Source: a virus
DNA length: 64,000 nucleotides
Strand: one strand, 5' to 3'
IMG/VR virus record: IMGVR_UViG_3300036846_000555
Coordinates: 1 to 64,000 of that record
A program made the translations under genes and the position numbers. Below the pieces are notes generated by a model. That model was not told where the DNA came from. It did not search any database and was given only the letters and a program-made list of their open reading frames with translations. This document shows, piece after piece, positions 52,101-62,031 of the stretch (position 1 is the first letter of the stretch; every line of letters begins with the position of its first letter).

Positions 52101-53903
52101 GCGCAATACAGCCAGAACTATTCGCAGCCTGCAATCCAGATACTGGGGTCTGCCACGGCCTCCGACAAGATCCAGTGCAAGGCGGGCGATTATCTTGAGC
52201 TGTACGCCCTCAACTCGCAGGGTCTGACGACGTGGTCCGGGGTCAGCGCGAACTACTTGTCTGTGGCGCTGATCGCTGCCGGGCCTGGTCCACAGGGGCA
52301 GCGCGGCTCCAACTGGTTCACGTACACGGGCGCGGGCACACCCGCTGCCGGGACGTTCACCGGCGAGCTTGACGGCGACATGGCGGTCAGGGCATCCGAT
52401 GGCGAGGTGTTCCGCCGCATCGCTGGCGCGTGGGCGGACCAGAACTGGAAGCAATCGACCGGCATGGCGACGATGGATAAGTGGCATCAGGTCGGGCAGC
52501 CCGGTGAGCCCGCTTTCCTCAACGCTTGGGTGAACTATGGCGGCACGTATGCGCCCGCGCAGTTCCGGAAGTACCCCGACGGGACGGTCAGGATCCGTGG
52601 GCTCGTGCAGGCCGGAGCCAGCAGCACGGCGGTGTTCACGCTACCGCCCGGCTACCGTCCGCAGACCGGCCAGCAGATCATCAACGCCACGGACATCAAC
52701 GCAGAGGTCCACTCGCGCTTGGAGATCTACCCCGACGGGACGGTGATCCTCATCTGGGTGGCTCCCGGCGGCAGCGGCTACGCCTCGATCAACTGCAACT
52801 TCGACACCGACACGGTGACGAACTACGCGGTTGGCACGCGGGGGGCGAACTGGTTCGCGTATAGCGGCGCGGGCGTGCCGCCGACGCCGTCGTTCACCGG
52901 CGAGATCGACAACGACATGGCCGTGCGCACCTCCGACAGCGAGGTGTTCAAACGGATCGCCGGAGTGTGGACCGACCAGAGCTACAAGGCTGGCGTGAAC
53001 ATCACGTCAACAGCACAGGTCACGGCACGGATGCACGTGGGGGCAGCCCAGACAACGAACGGCTGGACGAAGGTCGCGCTTGACACGATCGACTTCGACG
53101 CGAGCGCCACCGTTGCCGACCTACCGAATCATCGGATGATCGCTCCCACGACCGGCTACTACCGGATCACGGGCCTCGTCACCTGGGGCGGGTCAACGTG
53201 GACGGGGACTTGCATCGCTTCGGTTTACGTGAACGGAGTCGAGACCCGTGGGATGGAGCAGTACGCCACCGGGAACGGCAGCGACTTGCGGAGCTTCCTG
53301 GTTGACGATGTCTTCCGTCTGAAGCAGGGCGATGTCGTCGAGCTGTGGGCCTACTCAGCCGTGGGCTTCAGTCTCAACGTCGGCCCGGTGGCGGGGTGCT
53401 TCCTGTCCATGACGCTGGATACGGCCGGGCCCGGCCCGCAAGGACCGCCAGGACCGGGACCGGGCGGCTCGGTGCAGCGCAACATCGGCAAGTACGCGGG
53501 CTACAACACGATGTCCGGGAGTGCCAACATCCTGGACGGAGCAGGCGGCGGAGGTGCCGGGAACGCGCTGATCCTGACGGTCACGCCGACCGTGCCGTCG
53601 TGGTGGGAGGTCAACTTCTACTGCGCGAACATCCTGGCGGTATCGGCCGCGTACTACTACACGCAGCTCACAATGGGCCTCTCGCCCGCCGACCTGGATG
53701 GAATCAGCGCCACCGACGGCTGGGTGATCACGCAGCACAGCCAGGTGCAGACCTACGAGGGCCGCGCGTTCCTGCGTATCTTCCGGCTGGCGGCGAATCA
53801 GACGTACACGATCACACCGGCGCTCGCAACCTCGGGCGGCTCGTTCCAGTACTACACCGCGCCGTCACACCTCTGGATCGAAGGGAAACTATGGCCGCAG
53901 TAG
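49182..53903 (+). CDS. Spike/tail-fibre fusion (1573 aa): baseplate-spike N-terminus, collagen, tail collar, 3 C1q-like domains, a lectin-like domain
   Basis: VIDTTPLTL...GL.VDDLVLL; Gly-X-Y; IGTVKTY.G...P.NW..ADG...YPDLF...FNIPDLR; C1q-like ...GDYLELWAY; five repeated linkers. Confidence 0.9.
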   Translation: MTGKLALRDALNKHGQRMVEKHKGSHWASVIDTTPLTLDIHDYDHNVFEGDDFSLSQSLTSYRQSVGLHVDDLVLLQDVGDAWVAVDVVSDKPVPALGGGKVGPTGPIGPQGPIGNTGPIGAQGPIGNTGAQGPIGNTGPQGAQGPQGVQGVQGAVGPAGQSFTYRGAWASGTAYVLDDVVTGSDGSSYIAMQANTGHDPTTDSAHTYWSPMAIHGATGPQGAQGAQGVAGPTGPKGDQGLIGTTGNTGPTGPAGGLLYTQTIGDGSSTQFVVTHGLGTVSVQVTVYQTAAPHAEVTAEIAHTDANTITVTTTAVPASGEFTVAVNSPGGPGPQGPVGPRGSQFNTYTGSGTPPTGTFPGERDGDQAVRASDGEMFQRVNGVWVDQGWRSVGATYDSDQIGTVKTYSGATIPTNWMLADGRALQRASYPDLFTALGGTSSPWGLPDSATFNIPDLRSRMLVAAGQGAGLTARAMAAASGSESVTLDATMIPGHSHQFNVNSGYISSDHSHSLNINSGGASARHNHYTVGNQQAVPSAGSWPLAGGGASISAGAYPYMYPGANFTPNQVGTSNDLQDHGHNVSGGTSGVSANHYHNVAGGTDNGSGGGLSHSNMPPWCAIAMIVKVTGAQINPGGALQGATGQRGAIWYIWNGAGIPPAGTFVGELDGDWAIRQSDGENFERVGGVWVDQNFTNRTNATPVAARGYGVGTLTLTSGAFTKIPLDTIDHDTGGNMSTATGRFTCPSPGWYQASGSVETPVAAGARAIAAIFKNGTEVSRGSGGTADTNVTVSAALYCAAGDYLELWAYNSGAVTGNIPGGGQFRYLSVALITAGSGPQGARGAIWFTYNGTGTPATGTFSNEADNDMAMRSSDGEVFKRVSGAWVDQGWKATAGITQTPTAVRMRRAAAFSLTANTWMRLPLDTADFDTAGMASVANGRVNILTDGVYQVDANVLLNASATGTYTTVACGIYKNGAQYSQNYSQPAIQILGSATASDKIQCKAGDYLELYALNSQGLTTWSGVSANYLSVALIAAGPGPQGQRGSNWFTYTGAGTPAAGTFTGELDGDMAVRASDGEVFRRIAGAWADQNWKQSTGMATMDKWHQVGQPGEPAFLNAWVNYGGTYAPAQFRKYPDGTVRIRGLVQAGASSTAVFTLPPGYRPQTGQQIINATDINAEVHSRLEIYPDGTVILIWVAPGGSGYASINCNFDTDTVTNYAVGTRGANWFAYSGAGVPPTPSFTGEIDNDMAVRTSDSEVFKRIAGVWTDQSYKAGVNITSTAQVTARMHVGAAQTTNGWTKVALDTIDFDASATVADLPNHRMIAPTTGYYRITGLVTWGGSTWTGTCIASVYVNGVETRGMEQYATGNGSDLRSFLVDDVFRLKQGDVVELWAYSAVGFSLNVGPVAGCFLSMTLDTAGPGPQGPPGPGPGGSVQRNIGKYAGYNTMSGSANILDGAGGGGAGNALILTVTPTVPSWWEVNFYCANILAVSAAYYYTQLTMGLSPADLDGISATDGWVITQHSQVQTYEGRAFLRIFRLAANQTYTITPALATSGGSFQYYTAPSHLWIEGKLWPQ

Positions 53904-54268
53904 GGACATACGCGTTCGTGGACAAGACCGAGGGCGTGGTGACGAATCTCATCACCGCAGGTGAGGAAATCCACCCTGCCGACATCCGTGAGGACACGCA
54001 CTGGGTGGTGGACGTGACCGACCTGCCCACGCAGCCCGAGATCGGCTGGGCGTACGACGGGGCGACGTTTACTGAGCCCGTCGCTGACGTCAACCGCCGG
54101 TCGCTGAACCAAAAGGCTGCGAACGCGTTGAAGGGCAACCAGACGTTCCAGGCGCTGCAGTCGCCCACTAACGCGCAGGTGCTGGCGCAGGTGCAGGCGC
54201 TCACCCGGCAGGCGACTGCGCTGATCCGACTGGTGGCAGATCAGCTCGACACGACGGACGGGGCATAA
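53891..54268 (+). CDS. Tail fibre assembly chaperone-like protein
   Basis: VDVTD..TQPEIGWAYDGATFTEP; follows the fibre gene. Confidence 0.7.
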   Translation: MAAVGTYAFVDKTEGVVTNLITAGEEIHPADIREDTHWVVDVTDLPTQPEIGWAYDGATFTEPVADVNRRSLNQKAANALKGNQTFQALQSPTNAQVLAQVQALTRQATALIRLVADQLDTTDGA

Positions 54269-54270
54269 CA

Positions 54271-54603
54271 ATGCCGATCTACATCGTTTTCGTAGTCAAC
54301 CAGTCTCCGGCGGAGACCGATATAGCTCCGACGTGGGCGATGCTCAACCGGGCGGACAGCCCCGAGGACGCGGTGCAGGAGATCATTGCGACTGGCATGC
54401 TGCCGCCCAGCGACGAGGTCTACGTCAGCGACGTGACCGACGCGGACATCTTCATGGTGGAGCGCACGATCGACGTGACGATCAAGCCGGTGCCGTCCGG
54501 GGACCCGCCGCTGGTCCAGCATCTGGCCGCGGAGCTGCCCGCGGAGAGTCTTCCCGTCTCGGAGGACGTTCCCGTGTCGGGCAACGGGGGCGCTGGTGCC
54601 TGA
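54271..54603 (+). CDS. Acidic hypothetical protein
   Basis: ORF between the fibre genes. Confidence 0.6.
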   Translation: MPIYIVFVVNQSPAETDIAPTWAMLNRADSPEDAVQEIIATGMLPPSDEVYVSDVTDADIFMVERTIDVTIKPVPSGDPPLVQHLAAELPAESLPVSEDVPVSGNGGAGA

Positions 54604-57600
54604 CACCATCGGCAGGCTCCGCGCCCCGCGGCTCGCGAGCGCTCCGGCCTCCCCGGCCCGCGGCGAGGAGTACTACGACCTCGGGCTCGACCAGCTCCTG
54701 TACTGGAACGGGACGAAGTGGATCGCTGGCGCCGGGAGCGGTAACGGCGGAGGCGGTGGCGGTGGCGCCGGGCACACGATCCAGGACGAAGGGGCTGCGC
54801 TACCGGCGCGCACCAATTTGAACTTCAAGGGCGCGGGCGTCACGGCGACCGACAACGGAGCCAGCAGCTCGACGGACGTGACGATCCCCGGTGGGATGGC
54901 GGCGACCGTGGCGGCGCGCGCGTACCGCAATGCAGCGGTTGCGCTTGCCACCGGCTGGACGAAGATCCCGCTCGATACGGTGTCCTTCGACACGTCTGGG
55001 ATCGTGCAGGTTGCCCAGGGGCGCATACAGGTTCAGCAGGCGGGCTACTACCAGATCTCCGGTGGCCTGGGGGAGATCACCTATGCGGTAGGTGACTTCG
55101 TGTGCTCGATCTACGTCAACGGGGTCGAGCGCAACCGGGGGTCGCGAGCTTCGGTTGCAGCAAACTGGAACGCCTCCGAGGTGGCGGCCACGCTCCAGCT
55201 CAACGCTGGGGATTACGTCGAGATCTGGGCGTTCTGCATGGCGGCCCAGACGCTCAATGCTGGTCAAGCGAACAACAACTATCTGTCGCTGTCGCTGATC
55301 TCGTCGCTGACAGCTACGGCGGCGCCGGTCACCGCTGCGCGCGGTTATCGCAACGCTGCATTCACGGGTGTGGCGGCTCAGTGGAACAAGATCGCGCTTG
55401 ACACCACCGTCTTCGATCCCGGCGGCAACCTGCAGCTTGCCAATGGCCGCTACGTCGCACCGGCGACTGGGCAGTATCAGGTCAACGGCGAGACCGCGTG
55501 GCAGCCGGGCGCCGCCAATACGAACCTCATGTCCCACGCCGCGATCTACGTCAATGGCGCGCTGCGAACCACGGGCGGAGTTATGCCCTACACGGACAGC
55601 TCCGGCTACGTCCGCGCGAACGTCAGCGATGTCCTCAATCTGAACGCTGGCGACTACGTTGAGCTTTATAGCTACACCAGCGGGGCGTGGCCGCTCATGA
55701 CGGGGACGGGCCCCGCCTACAACTACTTGTCGATTGTTCAGGTCGGTCAGCAGTCCCAGCTTCAGAGCGGTCTGACCACGGGAGCGGTGGCCGCGCGGGC
55801 GTACCGCAATGCTGCGCTCACGCTCGCTGCCAACTTCGTCAAGGTTCCGCTCGACGCGATCTCCTTCGACACGGCGGGAATAGTGCAGACCGCCAACGGC
55901 CGCATCCAGATTCAGACGCCGGGCTACTACCAAGTTGACGCCCTCGTGAACTACGTCCCTGGTGCGAGTTCGTTCTTCATCGTGTCGGTGTACGTCAACG
56001 GCGTGGAACGGGCGCGCGGCAGCCAGATTCAGGCGTCGGTCTCAAACAACACCGCCTTTTCGGCCGCAGATGTAATGCAGCTCAACGCGGGCGACTACCT
56101 TGAGCTATGGGCATACGGGTCCGGGCCAGTGAGCCCTGGACCATCGGTGACGTATCTGGCGGTGTCGATGGTCGCAGCGTTGCCGAGCACGCCTGCGCCG
56201 GTCACCGTTGCCCGCGCATACCGGCAGGCAGCCCTCTCGATCGGTGCTGCTGCGTGGACGAAGATCCCCGTCGATACCGTCTCCACCGATCCCGGCGGGA
56301 ACATGGCGCTCGGCAGCGGTCGGTACGTGTGCCCCGCGTCGGGCTGGTATCAGGCCAATCTCGGCGCGACGCTGAGCGCGTCAGCGGGCGGCGCGATGGG
56401 CGTCTGCCTCTACAAGAACGGCGCGCAGGTCTCCAAGGAGATCTTGACCGAGGCAACGCCGACCGCCTCGGGGGTGCTGAGCGCGCACGGCTCAGACATC
56501 GTGCAATGCAACGCCGGGGACTACCTGGAGATGTACGTCTACACCAGCCAGGCGCTCAGCCTGCTCGTCGAGGCCGACGTCAACTTCCTGTCGGTCGTGA
56601 TGGTCGGGCAGACGGCGGCGGTGTACGCGACGGCGATGCAGACGGCTGCTCGGGCATACCTCATGGCGGCGTTCAGCCTCACGAGCAGTTGGCACAAGAT
56701 ACCCGTCGATACGCTCAGCTTTGACGCGAGCGGCGGGGCCATGCAGCTCGCCACCGGGCGCTACGTGTGCCCGACCGCGGGTTACTACTCGGTAGAGGGT
56801 TGCGTCGTGGTGAACAACACCACGAATGCGCTGCTTATAGCTGGGATCTACAAGAACGGAGCGAGGGTCGCGCAGGGCAGCGGCTTGGCGGCGGTGAACA
56901 CGTATGCCGAGTCGCATGTCAATGTGGCCGACGTCGTCCAGTGCAACGCTGGCGACTACCTCGAACTGTGGGGTTACGCCAGTGCGACGGAGCCTCTTTT
57001 CAACGACCCTACGAGCAACTACCTCTCCGTGGTCAAGGTCGATGTCGGTGGGCAGCGTGGAGCCCAGTGGTACACCTACACCGGCTCGGGGACGCCGCCC
57101 GCGAGCACATTCGCGGGCGAGCAGGACGGCGATCAGTGCGTGCGCTCGTCTGACAGCGAGGTGTTCAGGCGGGTCAGTGGGGCGTGGGTCGATCAGGGCT
57201 ACGCGATGGGCTACGCGATGCAGACCGCCGCGCTGCTGTACCGCAGCGCGGCGTACAGCACGACCGCAGGCACGCAGAAGGTCCCGCTCGACGCGACGAC
57301 CTTCGACGCGGGCGGCAATGTCACGCTTGCCACCAGCCGCTACGTGTGCCCGGTCGCAGGCTACTACCAGGTCAACGGCGTTATTACGGCGGGCGGCGCG
57401 ACCAGCAGCACACAGTCGATGCAGGCGATGATCTACAAGAACGGGGCCACCGCGTGCGCCGGGGGCGTCGTTGGCGGCAACCCTGGCGGGATCGGCGTCC
57501 CGGTGTCGGCCGTCCTGCAGTGTGCTGCGGGCGACTATCTGGAGCTGTACGTCTGGGCTCAGCCTGCCGGGCTTGCCTTGAGTAACAGCGCCGCCACGGT

Positions 57601-59101
57601 TTACCTCTCCGTCGTCAAGGTGGACGTGGGCGGCCGACCGGGACCGCAGGGACCGCAGGGGCAAGCGGGGCCCGCGGGAGCACCGGGCACCCTCGACGTC
57701 TACGCCCAGACTCAGAACACGTCTGCCGCCGCTCAGGCGATCCCGTCGCAGGCGTGGACGATTGTGACGCTTCCCACTCTCACCATCAGCAAGTCCGATG
57801 GGACCAATGCCGACTTCACCGCCAACGCCGACGGGTCGCTCACGATCCTGAAGGCGGGCAACTACAGCTTCGCAGCCGCCGTCTTCGCGTCGTCGGCTCT
57901 CGCCGACAACACGAACCTCAATATGTCGCTGAATCGCAAGGCGGGCGCGACCCCCACCACCGTGACCGATGGGCAGTTCGTCAACAGCGATGCCACCTAC
58001 GGAACATCGGGTAACAACTACTGCTCGATCCTCGCTGCCGCCGACCTCGTGTGCGCTGTTGGCGATCGCATCTGCGTCTTCCTCTGGCAGAGCGCTGCGC
58101 AGACGAGCTTCCGGATCGGGAACTTCTCAGCCACGCGCCAGGGCGCGGGGCCGCAGGGGCCGCCTGGGCCGACGGGCGGCAACGCGACGGTGCCGATCGA
58201 CCCGTGGCATACGGTTGGGAGCGACGGCGGCGCAACCAGTCTCCTGAATGGTTGGACCGGGACGGTCCAGTACCGCAAGGACCCGCTGGGCCGAGTGTGG
58301 GTGCGCGCTACCAACGCCAGTGGCGGCGCGACTGGCACGTCGGTGTTCACGTTGCCGGTGGGTTACCGCCCCAAGACCGACCAAGTCTTCGACAACCTCC
58401 AAGCGAGCGGAACGGCCGGAACCTATGTGGGGGTAGGCGCAGCAGGCAACGTCTCACCGACCTACGCGGGGACCGGTGTTTACATCGACCTCAGCTTCGA
58501 CACCGAGACCGTGACGCAGATGCCGACCGGGCCGACCGGGCCGACCGGGCCGCAGGGGCCGCCCGGCAACCCCGCGCCGACCGTCACCTCGCTCCCGGGC
58601 AGCCCCGTCGATGGGCAGGAGTGCTACTTCGTCGCTGACGCCACGAACGGCATCGTCTGGCATCTGAAGTACCGGGCCGCATCCTCGTCAACGTACAAGT
58701 GGGAGTGTGTTGGCGGGCCACCACTCCGCGCCGACGTGACCACGGGGCAGACCGCATCGACAGCCAGCGCATGGGTTGACCTGGCGACTCCCGGCCCGCT
58801 TGTCACCCCGCCGCTTGGCGGTGACTTCGACGTGCTGTACGGCTGTTTCATGAGCGCAGCACCGACCAGCGGGTTCATCTGGATCGCAGGGGTTGGAGTA
58901 GGCGGCGGCGCCCCAACGCGCATGGCTAGGCTGGACGGCCCGTCGGGCGGCGGAGCGGCCGTCACCTCGACTCCGTCAGACAAGTTCCGGGCGACCGGCA
59001 TTGCCGCGGGCACCACGTTCAAGATGCAGTACCAGTACGTCAACGTCACCCCGACGTGGTCCCAACGTTACCTTGAGGTGCGGCCCGTGCGAGTCGGCTG
59101 A
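54596..59101 (+). CDS. Tail fibre with 6-7 tandem C1q/TNF-like domains (1501 aa)
   Basis: Repeated AARAYRNAA...W.KIPLD..SFD.GG....GRY.CP..GYY.V...IY.NG...GDYLEL..Y...LSV. Confidence 0.9.
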   Translation: MPDTIGRLRAPRLASAPASPARGEEYYDLGLDQLLYWNGTKWIAGAGSGNGGGGGGGAGHTIQDEGAALPARTNLNFKGAGVTATDNGASSSTDVTIPGGMAATVAARAYRNAAVALATGWTKIPLDTVSFDTSGIVQVAQGRIQVQQAGYYQISGGLGEITYAVGDFVCSIYVNGVERNRGSRASVAANWNASEVAATLQLNAGDYVEIWAFCMAAQTLNAGQANNNYLSLSLISSLTATAAPVTAARGYRNAAFTGVAAQWNKIALDTTVFDPGGNLQLANGRYVAPATGQYQVNGETAWQPGAANTNLMSHAAIYVNGALRTTGGVMPYTDSSGYVRANVSDVLNLNAGDYVELYSYTSGAWPLMTGTGPAYNYLSIVQVGQQSQLQSGLTTGAVAARAYRNAALTLAANFVKVPLDAISFDTAGIVQTANGRIQIQTPGYYQVDALVNYVPGASSFFIVSVYVNGVERARGSQIQASVSNNTAFSAADVMQLNAGDYLELWAYGSGPVSPGPSVTYLAVSMVAALPSTPAPVTVARAYRQAALSIGAAAWTKIPVDTVSTDPGGNMALGSGRYVCPASGWYQANLGATLSASAGGAMGVCLYKNGAQVSKEILTEATPTASGVLSAHGSDIVQCNAGDYLEMYVYTSQALSLLVEADVNFLSVVMVGQTAAVYATAMQTAARAYLMAAFSLTSSWHKIPVDTLSFDASGGAMQLATGRYVCPTAGYYSVEGCVVVNNTTNALLIAGIYKNGARVAQGSGLAAVNTYAESHVNVADVVQCNAGDYLELWGYASATEPLFNDPTSNYLSVVKVDVGGQRGAQWYTYTGSGTPPASTFAGEQDGDQCVRSSDSEVFRRVSGAWVDQGYAMGYAMQTAALLYRSAAYSTTAGTQKVPLDATTFDAGGNVTLATSRYVCPVAGYYQVNGVITAGGATSSTQSMQAMIYKNGATACAGGVVGGNPGGIGVPVSAVLQCAAGDYLELYVWAQPAGLALSNSAATVYLSVVKVDVGGRPGPQGPQGQAGPAGAPGTLDVYAQTQNTSAAAQAIPSQAWTIVTLPTLTISKSDGTNADFTANADGSLTILKAGNYSFAAAVFASSALADNTNLNMSLNRKAGATPTTVTDGQFVNSDATYGTSGNNYCSILAAADLVCAVGDRICVFLWQSAAQTSFRIGNFSATRQGAGPQGPPGPTGGNATVPIDPWHTVGSDGGATSLLNGWTGTVQYRKDPLGRVWVRATNASGGATGTSVFTLPVGYRPKTDQVFDNLQASGTAGTYVGVGAAGNVSPTYAGTGVYIDLSFDTETVTQMPTGPTGPTGPQGPPGNPAPTVTSLPGSPVDGQECYFVADATNGIVWHLKYRAASSSTYKWECVGGPPLRADVTTGQTASTASAWVDLATPGPLVTPPLGGDFDVLYGCFMSAAPTSGFIWIAGVGVGGGAPTRMARLDGPSGGGAAVTSTPSDKFRATGIAAGTTFKMQYQYVNVTPTWSQRYLEVRPVRVG

Positions 59102-59121
59102 CGTCACCAGAGGAGAGGAAG

Positions 59122-59814
59122 ATGACCCTGATCGCAGAGCTGGACCACGAGCAGGACCCCGCCGTCGTCGTCACGCTGTACGACTACGGCGCGGACACCG
59201 TACCGCCGCACATGACCGCGCCCGCGTTCGTGGACGTGACCGACGAGGACCCGCGACCCGAGCCGGGCTACATCTACGACGGGGAGGCGTTCGCGCCGGG
59301 TGCGCCGCAGCAACAGGAGGCAGTCAGGCAGCAGGCTGCGAGCAACGCTCTGGCGGCGGTCGATGCCAACGCGGACTTTCTGGCGTTGGCGAGCCCTACG
59401 CCTGAGCAGGTCATTGCGCAGGTAACGATCCTGACCCAGCACGTCAACGCACTGACCCGTGTGCAATTGTCGCGGGTGGCCCCGGGGCAGTATCCGATCG
59501 AGGGACTGCCGGGATTCCCGGCTACGCTGCCGCCGGTGCCGCCGGACGTCGAGCCGTCGCCTCCCGTCGCGTCGTTCACATTCACACCGGCCGACCCCCA
59601 GAAGGGCGACCAGATCCAGTTCGATGCGAGCGCGTCAACGGCGGGCTCGACTCCGATCACCCGCTACGACTGGAGCTTCGGAGACACGGCTGCGCCCGAT
59701 GCAGGCCCGACGCCGACGTACACGTTCACCAAGTTCGGCGACTATGACGTGACGCTGACGCTCACCGACGAGGACGGGCTCACCGACCAGGCCACCCAAA
59801 CGATCACGATCTAA
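59122..59814 (+). CDS. Fibre chaperone-like N-terminus fused to a PKD domain
   Basis: VDVTDEDPRPEPGYIYDG; PVASFTF...GD.I.FDAS.S......Y.WSFGD...PT.TF...GDY.VTLT.TD.DG. Confidence 0.8.
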   Translation: MTLIAELDHEQDPAVVVTLYDYGADTVPPHMTAPAFVDVTDEDPRPEPGYIYDGEAFAPGAPQQQEAVRQQAASNALAAVDANADFLALASPTPEQVIAQVTILTQHVNALTRVQLSRVAPGQYPIEGLPGFPATLPPVPPDVEPSPPVASFTFTPADPQKGDQIQFDASASTAGSTPITRYDWSFGDTAAPDAGPTPTYTFTKFGDYDVTLTLTDEDGLTDQATQTITI

Positions 59815-59818
59815 CGCC

Positions 59819-60349
59819 ATGAGCATCATCGAACCCGACTCGCTTGACTACGACCTGATCCCACCCGACCCGGGGCTGATCAACCCGGACCTCCAGCTCG
59901 ACGCGGCGCTCGCGCCCGTCGAGGATGCCGGGCCAGACGCGCCGATCCCGTTCGGCAAGAGCTGGCGCTTCGACTTCATCGCCGGACAGTTCATCCGCGA
60001 CGGGTCCGCGCCCCAGGCGACCTACGAGCTGGACAGCCTGATCATGTGGATCGAGAAGACCGCCCGCACCGCCCGGTACGCCCACCCGATCTACTCCGAC
60101 CAGTACGGCGTCGAAGAGCCGTACGGGCTGATCGGCCAGCAGGCCGACGACGCGCTGCTGTCCGCGTACGAGGACGGGCTCACCGAGGCGCTGCTCGTCC
60201 ACGACCGGATCGTCGCGGTCGAGGGCTTCGGGTTCTCGCAGGATCCGTTTGACGAGGCGCTCTACGCGTCGTTCACAGTGGTCGTTGACGCGGCGCCGCC
60301 GCTAGAGGCGCAGCCGCTTGAATTCAGCAATATTCCGATCGCGACATGA
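59819..60349 (+). CDS. Baseplate wedge/sheath initiator (gp25, XkdS-like)
   Basis: GKSWRFDF..G.F...L..WI.K...T.RY.H.IYS..YG.E...EALL.HDRI..V..F.F. Confidence 0.85.
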   Translation: MSIIEPDSLDYDLIPPDPGLINPDLQLDAALAPVEDAGPDAPIPFGKSWRFDFIAGQFIRDGSAPQATYELDSLIMWIEKTARTARYAHPIYSDQYGVEEPYGLIGQQADDALLSAYEDGLTEALLVHDRIVAVEGFGFSQDPFDEALYASFTVVVDAAPPLEAQPLEFSNIPIAT

Positions 60350-60522
60350 TCCCCCTGTCCCAGACCTGCATAGCTTGCGGCCGAGACAAGCCCGCAGACC
60401 AGTTCTACGTCAGGAGGGACGGGCGCGAGCCTCGGCTCACCGGACGATGCAACTCGTACGCCAACACGCAGCCAGCGTGCGGTCCCTGTAACTGTCGGAA
60501 GGGCGGAAGGGTGGTGATCTGA
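60346..60522 (+). pseudogene. Internally deleted HNH homing-endonuclease remnant (58 aa)
   Basis: The N-terminal TCIACGRDKPADQFY is joined to the C-terminal ANTQPACGPCNCRKG. The central region and HNH His are missing. Confidence 0.65.
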
Positions 60523-60523
60523 A

Positions 60524-62029
60524 ACGACCGACGTCACCGACCTCACCGAGATCTTCTCCGAGACGCTCGCGCGCGTCCGGGCCCGGATGGATCAGGACGC
60601 CAACGCCGGGCTGACCGACGACGACCCGGACTGGGTCGACACCCGCGAGGGCTCGTTCTACTGGGACATGACGCAGCCGTCCGCGATGGAGTGCGCGCGG
60701 CTGTGGGATGCGATGACCGAGACGATCGCCGCGGCGTTCCCGTCGACCGCGTGGGGCGACTATCTCGACGAGCACGGCACCACGTTCGGGCTGACGCGCA
60801 ACCCGGCGACGCCCGCCACCGGGCAGCTCACGTTCCTCGCGTCAGCGGCGACGCTGATCGCGGCCGGGACGCAGGCGTCGGCGGTCGCTCCGCTGACCGG
60901 CGACGTGCAGAGCTACCAGACGACCGCGAGCGGCACGACCAGCGCGCCGCTGAAAGCGCCGACCGGCGTGGCGGTGGCCCCGAACAACGCGGGCGGCAAG
61001 CTGACCGCAGCCACCCGCTACTACCACGTGACCGCGCTGAACGCGTTCGGGGAGACGACCGGCACCGCCGACATCGCGGGCACGACGACGGGCACGGCGG
61101 GCCAGAACGTGATCACCTGGGGGGCGGTCACGGGCGCGACGTCCTACAACGTGTACGTCACGCAGACGGCGCAGTCCACCGGCGCGCTGCTCGGGAACAC
61201 GACCGCTCTGACCTACACCGACAACGGCAACGTCACGCCGAACGTCGCCGCGATCGAACCGACGACGAACACGACGTCGGGCATCACGCTCGACGCGGTC
61301 GCGTTGACGCCGGGCACGGCGGGCGACGTTGCCCCGAACGCCGTCACGTCGCTGGACACGGTGCTGCCGACGGTGATCTCGGTCACGAACCCGGTGCCGA
61401 TGGATGGCGGCACCGAGCTGGAGTCAGACGACGACTTCCGGCTGCGGATCCTCGGCGAGTACGTCGGCACGTCGGGCGGCGGGAACGTCACCGACTATCG
61501 GCGCTGGTCGGCGGGGGAGGGCGTCTCGCGCGTGGCGGTGATCCCGTGCTGGAACGTGACGGCGCAGAATCCAACGGGTGCCGGGACGGTGCTGGTCGTC
61601 GCGATGAACGCGGACGGCTCTCCGGTCGCGACCGCGACGGTCACCGCGCTGCAGGAGTTCCTTGACCCGGTGCCGGGGCTTGGGCAGGGCCAGGCTCCGG
61701 TTGGCGCGACGGTGACGGTGGTCACGTCCTCGATCCTGACGGTTACGATCTCGGCCACGGTCGTCGCCGAGAAGGGCTACTCGCTGGACGGCACCGGCAA
61801 CACCATCGCGACGCGGCAGGCGATCATGTCCGCGCTGGCGACCTACCTGCAGGGCCTGCAGCCGGGCGACACGATCATCTACGAGCACGTCCAGGCGGCC
61901 TTCTTCGTCACCGGCGTCCACAAGGTCAACAGCCTGCTGGTCAACAACGCCACCAACGACATCACGCTCGCGGCGGGCGCGTCGCCGCAGGTGGCGCTGC
62001 TGGGCACCGTGACCCTGACGGACGGCTGA
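60524..62029 (+). CDS. Baseplate J-like protein (XkdT-like) with an FN3-like insertion; start probably upstream of ATG 60587
   Basis: REGSFYWD...A.GDYLDEH...GLTR.PAT.A.G...E.DDD.R.RI...GN..DYRRW...AG.V. The in-frame TDVTDLTEIFSETLARVRAR precedes the first ATG. Confidence 0.9.
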   Translation, partial: TTDVTDLTEIFSETLARVRARMDQDANAGLTDDDPDWVDTREGSFYWDMTQPSAMECARLWDAMTETIAAAFPSTAWGDYLDEHGTTFGLTRNPATPATGQLTFLASAATLIAAGTQASAVAPLTGDVQSYQTTASGTTSAPLKAPTGVAVAPNNAGGKLTAATRYYHVTALNAFGETTGTADIAGTTTGTAGQNVITWGAVTGATSYNVYVTQTAQSTGALLGNTTALTYTDNGNVTPNVAAIEPTTNTTSGITLDAVALTPGTAGDVAPNAVTSLDTVLPTVISVTNPVPMDGGTELESDDDFRLRILGEYVGTSGGGNVTDYRRWSAGEGVSRVAVIPCWNVTAQNPTGAGTVLVVAMNADGSPVATATVTALQEFLDPVPGLGQGQAPVGATVTVVTSSILTVTISATVVAEKGYSLDGTGNTIATRQAIMSALATYLQGLQPGDTIIYEHVQAAFFVTGVHKVNSLLVNNATNDITLAAGASPQVALLGTVTLTDG

Positions 62030-62031
62030 GC

